DNA from: an uncultured Candidatus Saccharibacteria bacterium
GTDB taxonomy: Bacteria > Patescibacteriota > Saccharimonadia > Saccharimonadales > UBA4665
DNA length: 64,000 nt
Direction: 5' to 3'
NCBI GenBank assembly: GCA_964647765.1
Contig: CAZYJC010000002.1
Coordinates: forward strand, 39,512-103,511
Both the position numbers and the translations under genes were made by a program. Shown here in pieces: positions 36,989 to 47,041 of this stretch; positions within the stretch are counted from its first letter, which is position 1; every line of letters starts with the position of its first letter. The notes under the pieces were generated by a model, which was not told the origin of the DNA, ran no database searches, and saw only the letters and a list, made by a program, of their open reading frames with translations.

Positions 36989-37399
36989 TTATTTGCTGTC
37001 TACTTTTTTGTGAAGTTCATCTATTGCTCTAAAGGCCAAATGAAAAGTGATTATTGCCATCGGGATCTCTACAAATAACCCCAGAGCAAAGGCCAGTAAT
37101 TGTTCTCGGCCCGGTTCGGCAGTCAAGACGTCAAACCAGCAGTCAACTAGGAGAAGCGTAGCAAGCGGGGCGGCGGTTAGAACCATCCAGACTTTTCGTT
37201 GCCAAACAAAATACACCGTAAGTATAAAAAGTACTATCATGCAAAAATTTAAACCTATCCACGCCAGAGCCCAATTTTCGGCTAAATGTGTGTCGGGTAG
37301 GCTGCTTGCAAGATGCAATGTCCACGGCGAAAGAACGACAACAGCTAAAGTATAAACCGCCACTATCCATCTGGGGTAAAGGTATCTATATCTAGCCAT
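36989..37399 (-). CDS. Hypothetical 4-TM membrane protein
   Basis: Hydrophobicity pattern only. Confidence 0.45.
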   Translation of the reverse strand: MARYRYLYPRWIVAVYTLAVVVLSPWTLHLASSLPDTHLAENWALAWIGLNFCMIVLFILTVYFVWQRKVWMVLTAAPLATLLLVDCWFDVLTAEPGREQLLAFALGLFVEIPMAIITFHLAFRAIDELHKKVDSK

Positions 37400-37431
37400 A
37401 TTTATTATGTTACAACAAAAATCATCTTACG

Positions 37432-38331
37432 CTAGACATTGAGTGCAATGAGAGCTAGGCCCAGTAGTATACTAGCAATCCCCGCCCACTGCTTGTTCGA
37501 AACATCTTCTCGTAAAAACAATACGCCAAACATAACTATAGGCAGTATGGAAGCTGTTTTAATTGCCCCTACGTAAGCCTGATTTGGGGCTAGAACCTTT
37601 GCTTGGTATGTTGCGATCATATTGATTGTGTAAGTAAATCCAACAAGCACAAGGGCCCATGCATGATCCTTAGCCTTGCGTCCCACAGTTCGCCAATATT
37701 CTTTTGATTTTTTACTGGTGGTTTTAAGTATCAAGAGACTGACCAATATTACAAAAGGGATAGTTAGAGCAGAGCTATAAAAATTGTAACTAGTAGGATT
37801 GCTCATCCTAATCATCTTTACCTCAATATTCGAATATATGCTCATAACAATAATGCCGGTCAATATATAAATTAAGGCTGATCTGTGAGCAGTTGCAGAA
37901 GCCAAATTTTTGTGCCTTTTTGACCTAGCTACTGCCCAGGCACCAACTACAATAAAACCAGCACCTATTGCGCCGGAGTATGTTGGTTTTTGTCCGAGTA
38001 TAAGATACGCACCAATCATATTTGTGACTATAAAAAGCGACATTATCGGAGCAACATAGCTGATATCGGCAATAGAAATAGCTCGGAAGTAACAATATAA
38101 AAACAATGATTGCAGCACTACATACAAAGCCATAAGCTGCCAAAAAAATTCGGGCAACTCACTTGGTAAATAAAATTTAGCAAAAAATAGTGACAGAATA
38201 ATTAGCGGCATTGCCACGGCTTGTTGAAGCCATGCCATTGCGATGCTGTCTATATTGCCGGCCGCTCTTTTTTCGGCGGAGCGTCTGGTAGCAAGCACCA
38301 ATAGCGCCAAAATAGAAAGAGCGAACCACAT
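37432..38331 (-). CDS. EamA/DMT-family transporter
   Basis: About ten TM helices with a two-EamA-repeat layout. The start is moved to ATG 38331 (MWFALS...) because the ORF-track N-terminus is read through the tRNA-Arg gene. Confidence 0.72.
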   Translation of the reverse strand: MWFALSILALLVLATRRSAEKRAAGNIDSIAMAWLQQAVAMPLIILSLFFAKFYLPSELPEFFWQLMALYVVLQSLFLYCYFRAISIADISYVAPIMSLFIVTNMIGAYLILGQKPTYSGAIGAGFIVVGAWAVARSKRHKNLASATAHRSALIYILTGIIVMSIYSNIEVKMIRMSNPTSYNFYSSALTIPFVILVSLLILKTTSKKSKEYWRTVGRKAKDHAWALVLVGFTYTINMIATYQAKVLAPNQAYVGAIKTASILPIVMFGVLFLREDVSNKQWAGIASILLGLALIALNV

Positions 38332-38354
38332 ATCTGCAATTATACAGTCGAAAA

Positions 38355-38431
38355 TGGTACGCCCGGCAGGATTCGAACCTGCGACCCCTTGGTTCGAAGC
38401 CAAGTACTCTAATCCGCTGAGCTACGGGCGC
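38355..38431 (-). tRNA. tRNA-Arg (anticodon TCG), CCA encoded
   Basis: The reverse complement reads GCGCCCGTAGCTCAGCGGATTAGAGTA CTTGG CTTCGAA CCAAG GGGTC GCAGGTTCGAATCCTGC CGGGCGT ACCA. Confidence 0.85.
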
Positions 38432-38477
38432 ATATTATCGTATACTAAAGTCTACCAGAGATGACGGAGAGAAGGTA

Positions 38478-39731
38478 GTGATGATAACAAACATGCATCA
38501 GGCTGAAGCTGAACTGGCAAAATACGTTCCTTTGGTTGCCCAATTGCCGGGCGAGCAAATGACACTGGAGCGAATCAAGCCCTTATTGAAGTTATTGGAT
38601 AATCCTGAAAAAAACTTAAATGTAATTCATGTTGCCGGAACTAGCGGCAAAACCTCCACGTCTTATTATATTGCCGCGCTGTTAACCCAGTCAGGTAAAA
38701 AAGTCGGACTAACGGTTTCACCCCACATCGACACAGTTCGAGAAAGGGTGCAGATTAATATGCACACTATAAGCGAAAGTAGATTTTGTGATTATCTTGA
38801 AGAATTTATAGAATCTGTCGATAAGCTAGAAGTACTGCCTACCTATTTCGAATTCTTGTATGCATTTGCAATTTGGGTATTTGCTAAAGAAAAGGTTGAT
38901 TATGCCGTTGTAGAAACAGGAATGGGTGGACTTTACGACGCAACAAATGGGGTTACTAATTCCAATAAAGTATGCGTAATTACTGATATTGGATTGGATC
39001 ATACGCATATTTTAGGCAACACAATAGAAGCAATAACGCTACAAAAGGCTGGCATTATACATGAAGGAAACCAAGTATTTATTTACGGGCAGTCAAACAC
39101 AGTTAACAAGTTAATTAAACAGTATGCGGTTGATAAAAATGCCAATTATAATCAAATAGACTCTGTGCAATCACCTGCCATTATTGGCCTAATTGGCTAC
39201 CAAAAACGTAACTTTTTGCTTGCCGTTGAAGTATATAAATACCTGTCACAAAGAGATAAACTTAGAAACTTAACAAGTAAAGAATACATTCATGCTGCAA
39301 ATATCAATATTCCTGCTCGTCTTGAGATGATAAAGTTGCAAGATAAACGGATTGTTCTTGATGGAGCTCATAATATTCAAAAACTAGAGTCATTTATTGA
39401 AGCATATAAACAGAAGTATAAAGATATAAAGCCGACCGTTATTTTTGCACTTAAGCAAAACAAAGAATTCGTGGAATTTGTTAAAGATTTATCCAAGCTT
39501 AGCAATAAAATAGTGATTACTGCCTTTAATACAACACAAGATCTTCCGGTAATTTCGCTCGATCCTAAAGAAGTCATAAGCGCTTCGAGTGAATTGAAGG
39601 GTATTGATATAACTTCAATTCCCGATCATGATGATGTCGTAGATTTTATTCAGAATTCGCCCGAGCATTACTTTGTCATCACTGGATCTTTTTATCTTAT
39701 AAGCCAAATAAGACCAAAACTTAAGAACTAG
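38478..39731 (+). CDS. folC: Folylpolyglutamate synthase/dihydrofolate synthase-like Mur-ligase family protein
   Basis: LERIKPLLKLLDNPEKNLNVIHVAGTSGKTSTSYY (P-loop), VVETGMGGLYDATN and LDGAHN. ATG 38481 is an alternative start. Confidence 0.78.
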   Translation: MMITNMHQAEAELAKYVPLVAQLPGEQMTLERIKPLLKLLDNPEKNLNVIHVAGTSGKTSTSYYIAALLTQSGKKVGLTVSPHIDTVRERVQINMHTISESRFCDYLEEFIESVDKLEVLPTYFEFLYAFAIWVFAKEKVDYAVVETGMGGLYDATNGVTNSNKVCVITDIGLDHTHILGNTIEAITLQKAGIIHEGNQVFIYGQSNTVNKLIKQYAVDKNANYNQIDSVQSPAIIGLIGYQKRNFLLAVEVYKYLSQRDKLRNLTSKEYIHAANINIPARLEMIKLQDKRIVLDGAHNIQKLESFIEAYKQKYKDIKPTVIFALKQNKEFVEFVKDLSKLSNKIVITAFNTTQDLPVISLDPKEVISASSELKGIDITSIPDHDDVVDFIQNSPEHYFVITGSFYLISQIRPKLKN

Positions 39732-39754
39732 AACTTACTCGAAATCGATAAATA

Positions 39755-41053
39755 TTAATTGGCTGATTCTACAATCGGTCGAATTTTGGCTCGTACTATG
39801 AACGCTATTACGACTGAAATGATTGCGAGCGGCATTGTTTGAATTCCGTCAGTACCCAAGAACAGACACGCTAGCAGGACCGAAACAAAAGGCAAACCTA
39901 GCATAGAAACGGTCATAGAAGCTATACCAACAGCGACCATAGGGACCATTGGTATGCCTGTTATGTGACTTATAAGTACTCCAAGCGCTGCACCGATGAA
40001 CATTGCCGGGAAGGTGGGTCCGCCGCGGAAGGCAACAAGTGAAGCTCCGTAGGCAACTCCCTTGATAAGCACGATTAATAATAAAACCCCAGCCGAGTAA
40101 GTTGCTCCTTGACTGAGCAAGGTTGGTAATGAGTTCTGGCCGGAGAACAGTATCAGGGAGTTTGGCTTATCGGTAATTTGGGTGAAGACGACCGCTAAAA
40201 CCCCGATTAATAAAGAGATCAAAAGGGTGCTTGTAAGTCTATATTTCTCTACAATAGGACGAATACTTAATCCTACAAATCTTATAATTTCTACGATAAA
40301 TGGCGCGGCGAGTCCAAAAATAATAGCCCATATAATTTGAATGCCGGTAATATGATCAAACGCCGGCAGCCCACTAACTGTTAAAGAAAAAGTACCAAGG
40401 CCTGTCAGCGAATCAAGGCCCAAAAAAGTTAGGTAACCAACTCCTGCGGCCAGTAATCCTGGCAATAAAACCGCTTGCATCATGGCGCCTCCAATGCCGG
40501 CTACTTCCATCATCAAAAAAGCTCCTGTAAGAGGATTGCCAAACAAAGTACTAACTGCCGCGAAGCTGCCGGCAACAGCCACAATCGCACCGGCTTGATT
40601 AGGTATGTCCTTCTTGAGTAGGCTGATTGCTAAAAATGCCATGCCTCCGCCTAAGGCAATTAATGGCGCCTCAGGACCTACCACGGTACCAAGACCTATA
40701 CTGGCTAATGCCGCGATCGTTACACCTATAATGTTTTTGCGCTGCAATGGTCCACCACCCGTTTTAAAACCCTCGATTGGTGTTTCTCCACCTTGCCCGG
40801 GTAAATATTTGATTGCAAGCGACACGATCAGACCTGCCAGTACTAGCGGTACAATGGGCCACCATTTTACGACAGTAGCATTATCTATGTTTTCAGGAAT
40901 TGTCGTAAACATTAGCTCTTGTAGTTTTTCTGTCAAATACAAAAAGAAATAGGCGAGTATAGAGATCGGAATTCCAAGAATTCCGGCGAATATAAGTATT
41001 GAAATGTAACCTTTTGACTTAATTATCTCACCAGGATCTGGTTGCGCCGACAT
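39755..41053 (-). CDS. ClC-family chloride (or fluoride)/proton antiporter, membrane domain only
   Basis: Has GPEAPL, GNPLTGAFLMMEV, a GGPTFP-type selectivity region and about 10-11 TM helices. There are no CBS domains. Confidence 0.82.
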   Translation of the reverse strand: MSAQPDPGEIIKSKGYISILIFAGILGIPISILAYFFLYLTEKLQELMFTTIPENIDNATVVKWWPIVPLVLAGLIVSLAIKYLPGQGGETPIEGFKTGGGPLQRKNIIGVTIAALASIGLGTVVGPEAPLIALGGGMAFLAISLLKKDIPNQAGAIVAVAGSFAAVSTLFGNPLTGAFLMMEVAGIGGAMMQAVLLPGLLAAGVGYLTFLGLDSLTGLGTFSLTVSGLPAFDHITGIQIIWAIIFGLAAPFIVEIIRFVGLSIRPIVEKYRLTSTLLISLLIGVLAVVFTQITDKPNSLILFSGQNSLPTLLSQGATYSAGVLLLIVLIKGVAYGASLVAFRGGPTFPAMFIGAALGVLISHITGIPMVPMVAVGIASMTVSMLGLPFVSVLLACLFLGTDGIQTMPLAIISVVIAFIVRAKIRPIVESAN

Positions 41054-41137
41054 ATCAATAACCCCTATTATTTAACTCAAGCATAACTCAAACTCCGGCA
41101 ACAGCAAAATCTTCAATATTAATGTAGACTGAGGTAA

Positions 41138-41722
41138 ATGAAAGACATCTTTGCTATCACTGCAGCAATTATTGCTGTTATTGGCAATGTGCCTTATCTC
41201 ATGGATGCTTATCATAAGCGGGTTAGACCGCATCCATATACCTGGATGGTTTGGGTGATCGTTTCTAGTATTACTTTGTTTGGCCAGATAGACAAAGGCG
41301 CCGGCATTGGGGCTTTACCCGCCGGAGTAGCACTTTGTTTTACAGTCATAATATTTTTATACTCGCTTCAATATGGCTTCAAATATGTCCGTAAAACTGA
41401 TAAATATTTTCTCATAGCGGCTTTACTTGGGCTAATACCTTGGTTTTTAACAAAGGACCCGACGTGGTCGGTCGTTATTGCAGTAAGCATAGATTTAGTC
41501 GCTTTTTATCCGACTATCAAAAAAACTTGGAAAAACCCAAGTACTGAGACAGCGCCTTTATATGGTGCAAACGTTGTGCGGCACATTTTAACTTTGTTTT
41601 CTCTACAAGCATACAATGTTGCAACAACCTTACATTCAATCGCTATGATCGTAACTAATTCGATCATGACTTTGATAATAATATTCAAGAAAACACCTCC
41701 AAAACAACTTGACTCAAAATAA
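41138..41722 (+). CDS. Hypothetical 6-7 TM membrane protein
   Basis: Hydrophobicity pattern only; it could be PQ-loop-like. Confidence 0.45.
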   Translation: MKDIFAITAAIIAVIGNVPYLMDAYHKRVRPHPYTWMVWVIVSSITLFGQIDKGAGIGALPAGVALCFTVIIFLYSLQYGFKYVRKTDKYFLIAALLGLIPWFLTKDPTWSVVIAVSIDLVAFYPTIKKTWKNPSTETAPLYGANVVRHILTLFSLQAYNVATTLHSIAMIVTNSIMTLIIIFKKTPPKQLDSK

Positions 41723-41757
41723 ACCTCGGTTCATTATTGTTGTAAACAAGGGGATAA

Positions 41758-43443
41758 ATGGCTTTTAAACGAGTGTTTCTAAATGGTGTGCTGCCAATAG
41801 CCAAAAACTCTATTTCGATTGAAATAGTAGCTGGCGTAACTCTGGCTGCACTCGCAATACCCGAGGTAATGGGTTACACAAAAATTGCCGGTATGCCAGT
41901 TATCACAGGACTATATACAATTCTTTTACCGATAATTATTTTTGCCTTGATTGGTTCATCGAGACATTTAGTTGTAGGTGCAGACTCGGCCACGGCAGCG
42001 ATTATGTTTGCGGGCTTATTGGCGCTTGCTCAACCTTATTCATCCGAATGGGTAGCTTTGGCCGGCTGGCTTGCGATATTAGTTGCCGGATTCATGATTA
42101 TAGCTAGTATATTCAAATTGGGTTTCCTGGCCGACTTTATGTCGAGAACTGTGCTGATCGGATTTTTGACAGGAGTTGGCATTCAGGTGGCATGCGGTCA
42201 ATTCGCAGGCATGTTCGGCGTAGAAAAAACTGGTCGTGGGCCAATTATGCAGGCGATTAATGCTTTTAAGGATTTACCCAATGCCAGCGCGGCAACGATC
42301 GCCGTTTCGGCTGGGGTTCTAGTGGTGATTCTTGGTTCAAGGCTGATCAATAAAAAGATCCCCGGTGCTCTTATCGCTGTAATTGGCGCTATTGCTTTGA
42401 GTGCCTGGCTGGACCTAAGTGCACAGGGCGTTTCTATTCTAGGAACTGTGCCTAGTGGACTGCCTAGTTTAATTATTCCGGCTATACCAACAGCTACGCA
42501 ATGGGCCACGCTCGTGCCCATAGCAGGCTCACTGGCCCTGGTGATTTTGGCTCAGAGCGCGGCGACATCCCGGGCATATGCGGTCAAGTATGACGACAAA
42601 GGTTTTGAAGAAGATCAGGACCTTGTCGGCATCGGTGGTGCGAATTTGGGCGCAGCGCTAACAGGTACTTTTCCAGTTAATGGTAGCCCAACTAAAACTC
42701 AGATGGTCGATAGTGCTGGTGGACGAAGCCAGCTTGCGCAACTTACAACTGCCGCATTAGTGGTAATAGTACTGCTCTTTTTAACTAAGCCGTTGTCTTA
42801 CATGCCTAATGCGGTTCTGTCTGCCGTAGTGTTTCTGATTGGCGTAGAACTGGTCGACTTCAAAGGCATGAAAAGCATTTATGATACCAGAAAAGCCGAA
42901 TTCTGGGTGGCTATGGTAACTGTAGTAACTGTGGTAGTGGCAGGGGTGGAGCAAGGTATATTGCTAGCAATTGCACTCTCGCTTATTGTTCATGTAAGAC
43001 ATAGCTATAAACCATCAAACGCGCTGATAGCTTACAAGGACGGTAAAATTACTACTTTGCCAGTAACGACGAGGACCCAGTCTGTGCCCGGTCTTATGAT
43101 TTATTTATTTGGAGCAAATCTATACTATGCCAATGCCGAATCATTCCAGGATGAAGTCATTAAACTTACCAAAAGGCCAAAAACCAAAATTAAGTGGTTT
43201 GCAATTGATGCTATAGCTGTTGGAGATATTGACTACACAGCGGCAGAAGTTCTGCGCAAGGTCGTTAACTCGCTAAAGGCCAAAGGAATACGTGTGGTGC
43301 TGGTTAATGCTGAGAGACATGTCAAGGAAGAATTAGAGGCCTCCGGTATATACGAAATCATTGGGGCGGAAAATATCTATCCGAATATACATGATATGGT
43401 TGCAGATTATAACCGTGAGCAACGCGAGAACGGCACGTCCTAG
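41758..43443 (+). CDS. SulP-family anion transporter with C-terminal STAS domain
   Basis: GVTLAALAIPEVMGYTKIAGMP, the SulP core, and a C-terminal STAS-like region (IDAIAVGDIDYTAAEVLRKVVNSLKAKGIRVVL). Confidence 0.9.
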   Translation: MAFKRVFLNGVLPIAKNSISIEIVAGVTLAALAIPEVMGYTKIAGMPVITGLYTILLPIIIFALIGSSRHLVVGADSATAAIMFAGLLALAQPYSSEWVALAGWLAILVAGFMIIASIFKLGFLADFMSRTVLIGFLTGVGIQVACGQFAGMFGVEKTGRGPIMQAINAFKDLPNASAATIAVSAGVLVVILGSRLINKKIPGALIAVIGAIALSAWLDLSAQGVSILGTVPSGLPSLIIPAIPTATQWATLVPIAGSLALVILAQSAATSRAYAVKYDDKGFEEDQDLVGIGGANLGAALTGTFPVNGSPTKTQMVDSAGGRSQLAQLTTAALVVIVLLFLTKPLSYMPNAVLSAVVFLIGVELVDFKGMKSIYDTRKAEFWVAMVTVVTVVVAGVEQGILLAIALSLIVHVRHSYKPSNALIAYKDGKITTLPVTTRTQSVPGLMIYLFGANLYYANAESFQDEVIKLTKRPKTKIKWFAIDAIAVGDIDYTAAEVLRKVVNSLKAKGIRVVLVNAERHVKEELEASGIYEIIGAENIYPNIHDMVADYNREQRENGTS

Positions 43444-44045
43444 CCGCCAAAAACTCTCTTGACTAGTTCAAATGCTGCAGTCCCCAGTGTTAGTATCAGG
43501 CCGATTCCGACCGAACCAAGTACTATACCCACTATAAAAAGCACGATATCCTCTAGTAGAATCGCTAATCCTATAAAAACAACTCCCAGAGCCGGCAGCG
43601 TGTCTAACCCTGAAAAAGGAATGGCGGTAATTGCAAACAGGGTAAAGATTAGTACGAACACTCCCATAAAAGAAATCATTGCATGGTTGCTAAGTACCGA
43701 GCTCATGCGAGGACGTGAATACTTCTCAAGTTTGCGGATGGCGTTGATTGTATATGGTATGCCAGTTTTGACAACAGAATCTGGGAGTTGTTTTTTGAGA
43801 AACTTCTTTGGCAGCCAGACTCTGCGCAGTCCAAATATTAATTCCAACGCCAGAATAATCGTTATTGCCTCAAAAACGTGAGTCACTATACCAGTTGGCA
43901 ATGGTGTTGCAGGAAGGGCCATTAAGACCACGAAGAGAATGGCAAAAGATTTCTCAGCAAAATTATCCAATAGGCCACCAATAGTCTTAGGCTTGCTGCC
44001 CTTGAGCCATTTGTCTAGGTGTTTGCTGAATGGCTCTGGATGCAT
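43440..44045 (-). CDS. ExoD-family membrane protein
   Basis: LLDNFAEKSFAILFVVLMALPATPLPTG is typical of ExoD. The start is set at ATG 44045 (MHPEPF...), giving a TAATG overlap with the upstream gene. The longer ORF to 44240 lies inside that gene. Confidence 0.68.
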   Translation of the reverse strand: MHPEPFSKHLDKWLKGSKPKTIGGLLDNFAEKSFAILFVVLMALPATPLPTGIVTHVFEAITIILALELIFGLRRVWLPKKFLKKQLPDSVVKTGIPYTINAIRKLEKYSRPRMSSVLSNHAMISFMGVFVLIFTLFAITAIPFSGLDTLPALGVVFIGLAILLEDIVLFIVGIVLGSVGIGLILTLGTAAFELVKRVFGG

Positions 44046-44449
44046 TACTTCACTAAAGCTTTGAGTATCGAAACGGCCACTATAGAAACAGCAGCGGTCA
44101 GTACGGTGCCCCAAACCATATCCACACCGGTTACGATTGCTGGCCAGTTTTTTAGGGTAGCGTGATTTGTTAGATCGTAGGTTGCATATGTAACTAGTCC
44201 AAACAAAGCGCCTAATAAGCCAACTTTTACTATTGCCCAACTCTCTCGCCCGCCCGGGTAGACAACGAATAATGTCACGCCCAGTATGAATATCAGATAG
44301 AAGGCTGCAGCGGCAAACCAGTTTGGTTTATCAGCCATAATAAAGCCGATATGCTTTTTATAAAACTTGGGTGCAATTAGTCCCAGCCAGGCTGCATCTA
44401 GGACCGTCATTGTTAATAAAGAAGTTATATAGGCGTATATGTAATTCAT
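44045..44449 (-). CDS. DUF2177-like membrane protein
   Basis: MNYIYAYITSLLTMTVLDAAWLGLIAPKFYKKHIG plus four TM helices. Confidence 0.58.
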   Translation of the reverse strand: MNYIYAYITSLLTMTVLDAAWLGLIAPKFYKKHIGFIMADKPNWFAAAAFYLIFILGVTLFVVYPGGRESWAIVKVGLLGALFGLVTYATYDLTNHATLKNWPAIVTGVDMVWGTVLTAAVSIVAVSILKALVK

Positions 44450-44479
44450 AGTACCTTCATTATATCAGCCGAATAAAAA

Positions 44480-44502
44480 ACGCCCGCTGGAGTTGCGGGC
44501 GT
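44480..44502. terminator. Rho-independent terminator (bidirectional shape)
   Basis: ACGCCCGC / GCGGGCGT stem with a 7-nt loop, an A6 tract upstream and a T4 tract downstream. It follows the stop of the 44525-45028 gene. Confidence 0.65.
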
Positions 44503-44524
44503 TTTAATGATTAACCCAAAAACC

Positions 44525-45028
44525 TTATTGAACAACAGGTGGCTGAGTTGGGCCACTTGGAGAGCTTGGCGGAGTAGGCGCTGGACCTTGTGGCTGAGCA
44601 GGTGCTGGAGCACCAGCAGCGGCTGCACCGTCGCCACCGATATATTTGGCGTCACCGAATCCGAGGATTAAGTAACCAATTATGCTGAAGAACCATAATG
44701 CTATAACTCCGAATAGTGCGCTTTGACCAAATCTTTTAGCTATGTCTACTGACACAACTATTGAAATTACAAAGTTAACAAAAGGAATCAGCATTAATAA
44801 CAGCCACCAGCCGGGTCGACCGGCGACTTTTAGAAGTAGGTAGATGTTATAAATTGGGATAATCGCTCCCCAACCAGGTTGTCCTGCCTTAACAAATACT
44901 TTCCATAGTGCTATTACCGCAATAATGAATACTGCAAGATATACGAGCATGAGCACGCCAAAAGCCGCTCCTCCACCAGATGTACTGGTTGTTGTAGTAG
45001 TGTAAACTACCTCTGCTAAGTTCAACAT
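44525..45028 (-). CDS. DUF5684-like membrane protein with Pro/Ala-rich C-terminus
   Basis: VFVKAGQPGWGAIIPIYNIYLLLKVAGRPGWWLLLMLIPFVNF matches the conserved core I recall for this family. Confidence 0.58.
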   Translation of the reverse strand: MLNLAEVVYTTTTTSTSGGGAAFGVLMLVYLAVFIIAVIALWKVFVKAGQPGWGAIIPIYNIYLLLKVAGRPGWWLLLMLIPFVNFVISIVVSVDIAKRFGQSALFGVIALWFFSIIGYLILGFGDAKYIGGDGAAAAGAPAPAQPQGPAPTPPSSPSGPTQPPVVQ

Positions 45029-45200
45029 AGCAAGTCCCCCTTAAAATTTCTATGTAGGCATTGTACACCTTTTAAAGCGATCCGTTTATATATTTTTCCA
45101 CAATAATATTTTTTGAGTGACTTGTGTCACAGCAGATCCGCCTCTTATGGATAACAATTAAGAAGATCCGTAAAAACATAACAAGTATAAGGTTAATAAA

Positions 45201-45737
45201 ATGGCAAAAAAATCGAACGATCGACAAACAATAGACAAAGTGTTCGTCCTTTTAGGAGTGGTGATGATGCTCGTGCTTCTTGTAGTGGGTATCCTCGCGT
45301 GGCAAGCTTACAAGTTTGCCGACAATCAAGTTAAGTCAGAACTCGTAGCGCAAAAAATATTCTTCCCGCCCAAAGGCAGTCCAGCACTAGATCCGGCTAA
45401 ATTCCCAACACTTCAAAAATACGCCGGTCAACAGGTTGATAACGGGGAAAAGGCGAAGGCATACGCCAATGACTTTATTGGCAAGCACCTAGAAGAAGTA
45501 GCAGGCGGCAAGACTTATTCGGAGGTTAGTACGGCAGCCATGGCTGACCCCACAAACGCTGAGCTGCAAAAACAAAAAGCTGTACTTTTCCAGGGTGAAA
45601 CTTTGCGCGGTCTTCTGCTCGGTGACGGATATGCCTACTGGCAATTTGGCCAAATTGCTATGTATGCTGCAATTGTAGCTTGGGTAGGCGCTGCTTTGAT
45701 GGGTGTACTGGTGCTGCTTGGCCTGCGACGAATCTAA
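45201..45737 (+). CDS. Hypothetical bitopic membrane protein (N- and C-terminal TM, extracytoplasmic middle)
   Basis: Hydrophobicity pattern only. No family was recognised. Confidence 0.5.
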   Translation: MAKKSNDRQTIDKVFVLLGVVMMLVLLVVGILAWQAYKFADNQVKSELVAQKIFFPPKGSPALDPAKFPTLQKYAGQQVDNGEKAKAYANDFIGKHLEEVAGGKTYSEVSTAAMADPTNAELQKQKAVLFQGETLRGLLLGDGYAYWQFGQIAMYAAIVAWVGAALMGVLVLLGLRRI

Positions 45738-45738
45738 T

Positions 45739-47010
45739 CTATTTAACTCTAGGTAAGGTAAAAGTAAAGGTGGTGCCTTTGCCAAGTTCAGAGCTCTTAA
45801 GTCCGATTCGACCACCAGATTGTTCAACTATAAGTTTAGAAATATATAGTCCAAGTCCAGTGCCTTTGGTCGTATCACGGGTCAAGATATTATTGCTAGC
45901 TTGTTGAAACTTCCTAAATAGTAATCGCTGATTCTCGGGCGACATGCCTCTGCCTGTATCTGTAACCGATGTATAGACGAAATTTTCGTCCAGCTGGGTG
46001 CTAATAGTTATTGAACCTTGTTCGGTGAATTTGACAGCATTGCCGACAAGATTATAGATTACCTGTTTAGTGCGTTGACGGTCTGCTAGGACAGGAGGTG
46101 CCGAAGCAACGCTGACATCACTGATTAGCTTGATGCCTTTTTCGTCACACAAATTCTGAAGTTCTCTTACCACATCAGTTACGATATCCTGCAGGTTAAT
46201 CGTTTCAGGATTGATCGGCATTTTACCTTGCTCAAGAGCCGAAACGTCCAAGAAGTCATTAACGAGCTCGATTAAGCGCACCGAAGATTCATGGATATCG
46301 TTGATCATTTCTTTGAGATCCGGGTTGGTCAGCTCTGCTGCGTAATATTTATTAATCATGGCGGAGTTACCTCGAATAGCAGTTAGCGGAGTACGAAGTT
46401 CGTGCGAGGCTATTGATAGGAACTCATCCTTTGAGCGGTCTAGCATTTTTTGCTCGGTAATATCTTCAAGAAGAATTACGGCACCGATTTTTTGAATATC
46501 ACCATTACCGTTATCGCTGATCATTGGCGCAATAAAAACCCTGGCAACAAATTGACCGATATTGACCTCGCCTATTTCGTGAGGCTGATTTGTTTGTAGA
46601 CTATCCGTGATCAAGTCAGTTATTTTTAAATCAGGCTGGAGTATCTGATCTATCTTGGCGAGAGTCCATTCTGATGGTGCCGAATTCTCCGCAGCAGGCG
46701 CAGCCCCTTTAGATAACAGCATGGTTTTGACCGAATTGTTTGCCAAAACCACATCCGGTTTAACGTCTGTCATGATAAAGCCCATCTTGAGACTGTCCAA
46801 AAAAGAATAGGCTCGAGATGTCGAGGCAATTAACTGATCGGTCCTAGTTTTTACGTCTTGTTGAAGCTGCGAATTTTTATTGTCTTGCTCAGTGTAAGTT
46901 GCGCTGATCAGTTGCAGCAGACTGCCAAGTTGTGGCGTCAAGGATGGGTTCTGGCCTAGGGTTTGCCTGATTTGAACAGTAAGCAGCTGATGAAAATTGA
47001 CTGGCTGCAT
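45739..47010 (-). CDS. Soluble sensor histidine kinase (PAS-like + HisKA + HATPase_c)
   Basis: The H-box is SHELRTPLTAIRGN; the N, G1 and G2 boxes are NLVGNAVKF, DTGRGM and GTGLGL. No TM segment was seen. Confidence 0.9.
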   Translation of the reverse strand: MQPVNFHQLLTVQIRQTLGQNPSLTPQLGSLLQLISATYTEQDNKNSQLQQDVKTRTDQLIASTSRAYSFLDSLKMGFIMTDVKPDVVLANNSVKTMLLSKGAAPAAENSAPSEWTLAKIDQILQPDLKITDLITDSLQTNQPHEIGEVNIGQFVARVFIAPMISDNGNGDIQKIGAVILLEDITEQKMLDRSKDEFLSIASHELRTPLTAIRGNSAMINKYYAAELTNPDLKEMINDIHESSVRLIELVNDFLDVSALEQGKMPINPETINLQDIVTDVVRELQNLCDEKGIKLISDVSVASAPPVLADRQRTKQVIYNLVGNAVKFTEQGSITISTQLDENFVYTSVTDTGRGMSPENQRLLFRKFQQASNNILTRDTTKGTGLGLYISKLIVEQSGGRIGLKSSELGKGTTFTFTLPRVK

Positions 47011-47041
47011 GATTAAACCAATTTGCCCACCTATTTGCTAT

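Noticed and set aside
38332-38403. N-terminal extension of the EamA transporter ORF (MASNQGVAGSNPAGRTIF...).
   Set aside because: It is read through tRNA-Arg(TCG) on the same strand. The real start is ATG 38331.
41054-41137. A possible fluoride riboswitch upstream of the ClC gene.
   Set aside because: I read the minus-strand leader and found none of the conserved crcB-motif elements (GGCGATG...CCGCC...CTGATG-type pseudoknot segments). The leader is short and AT-rich.
44046-44240. A 65-aa N-terminal extension of the ExoD-like ORF.
   Set aside because: It lies entirely within the DUF2177 gene in another frame. ExoD homology begins after Met66, where a TAATG stop/start junction occurs.
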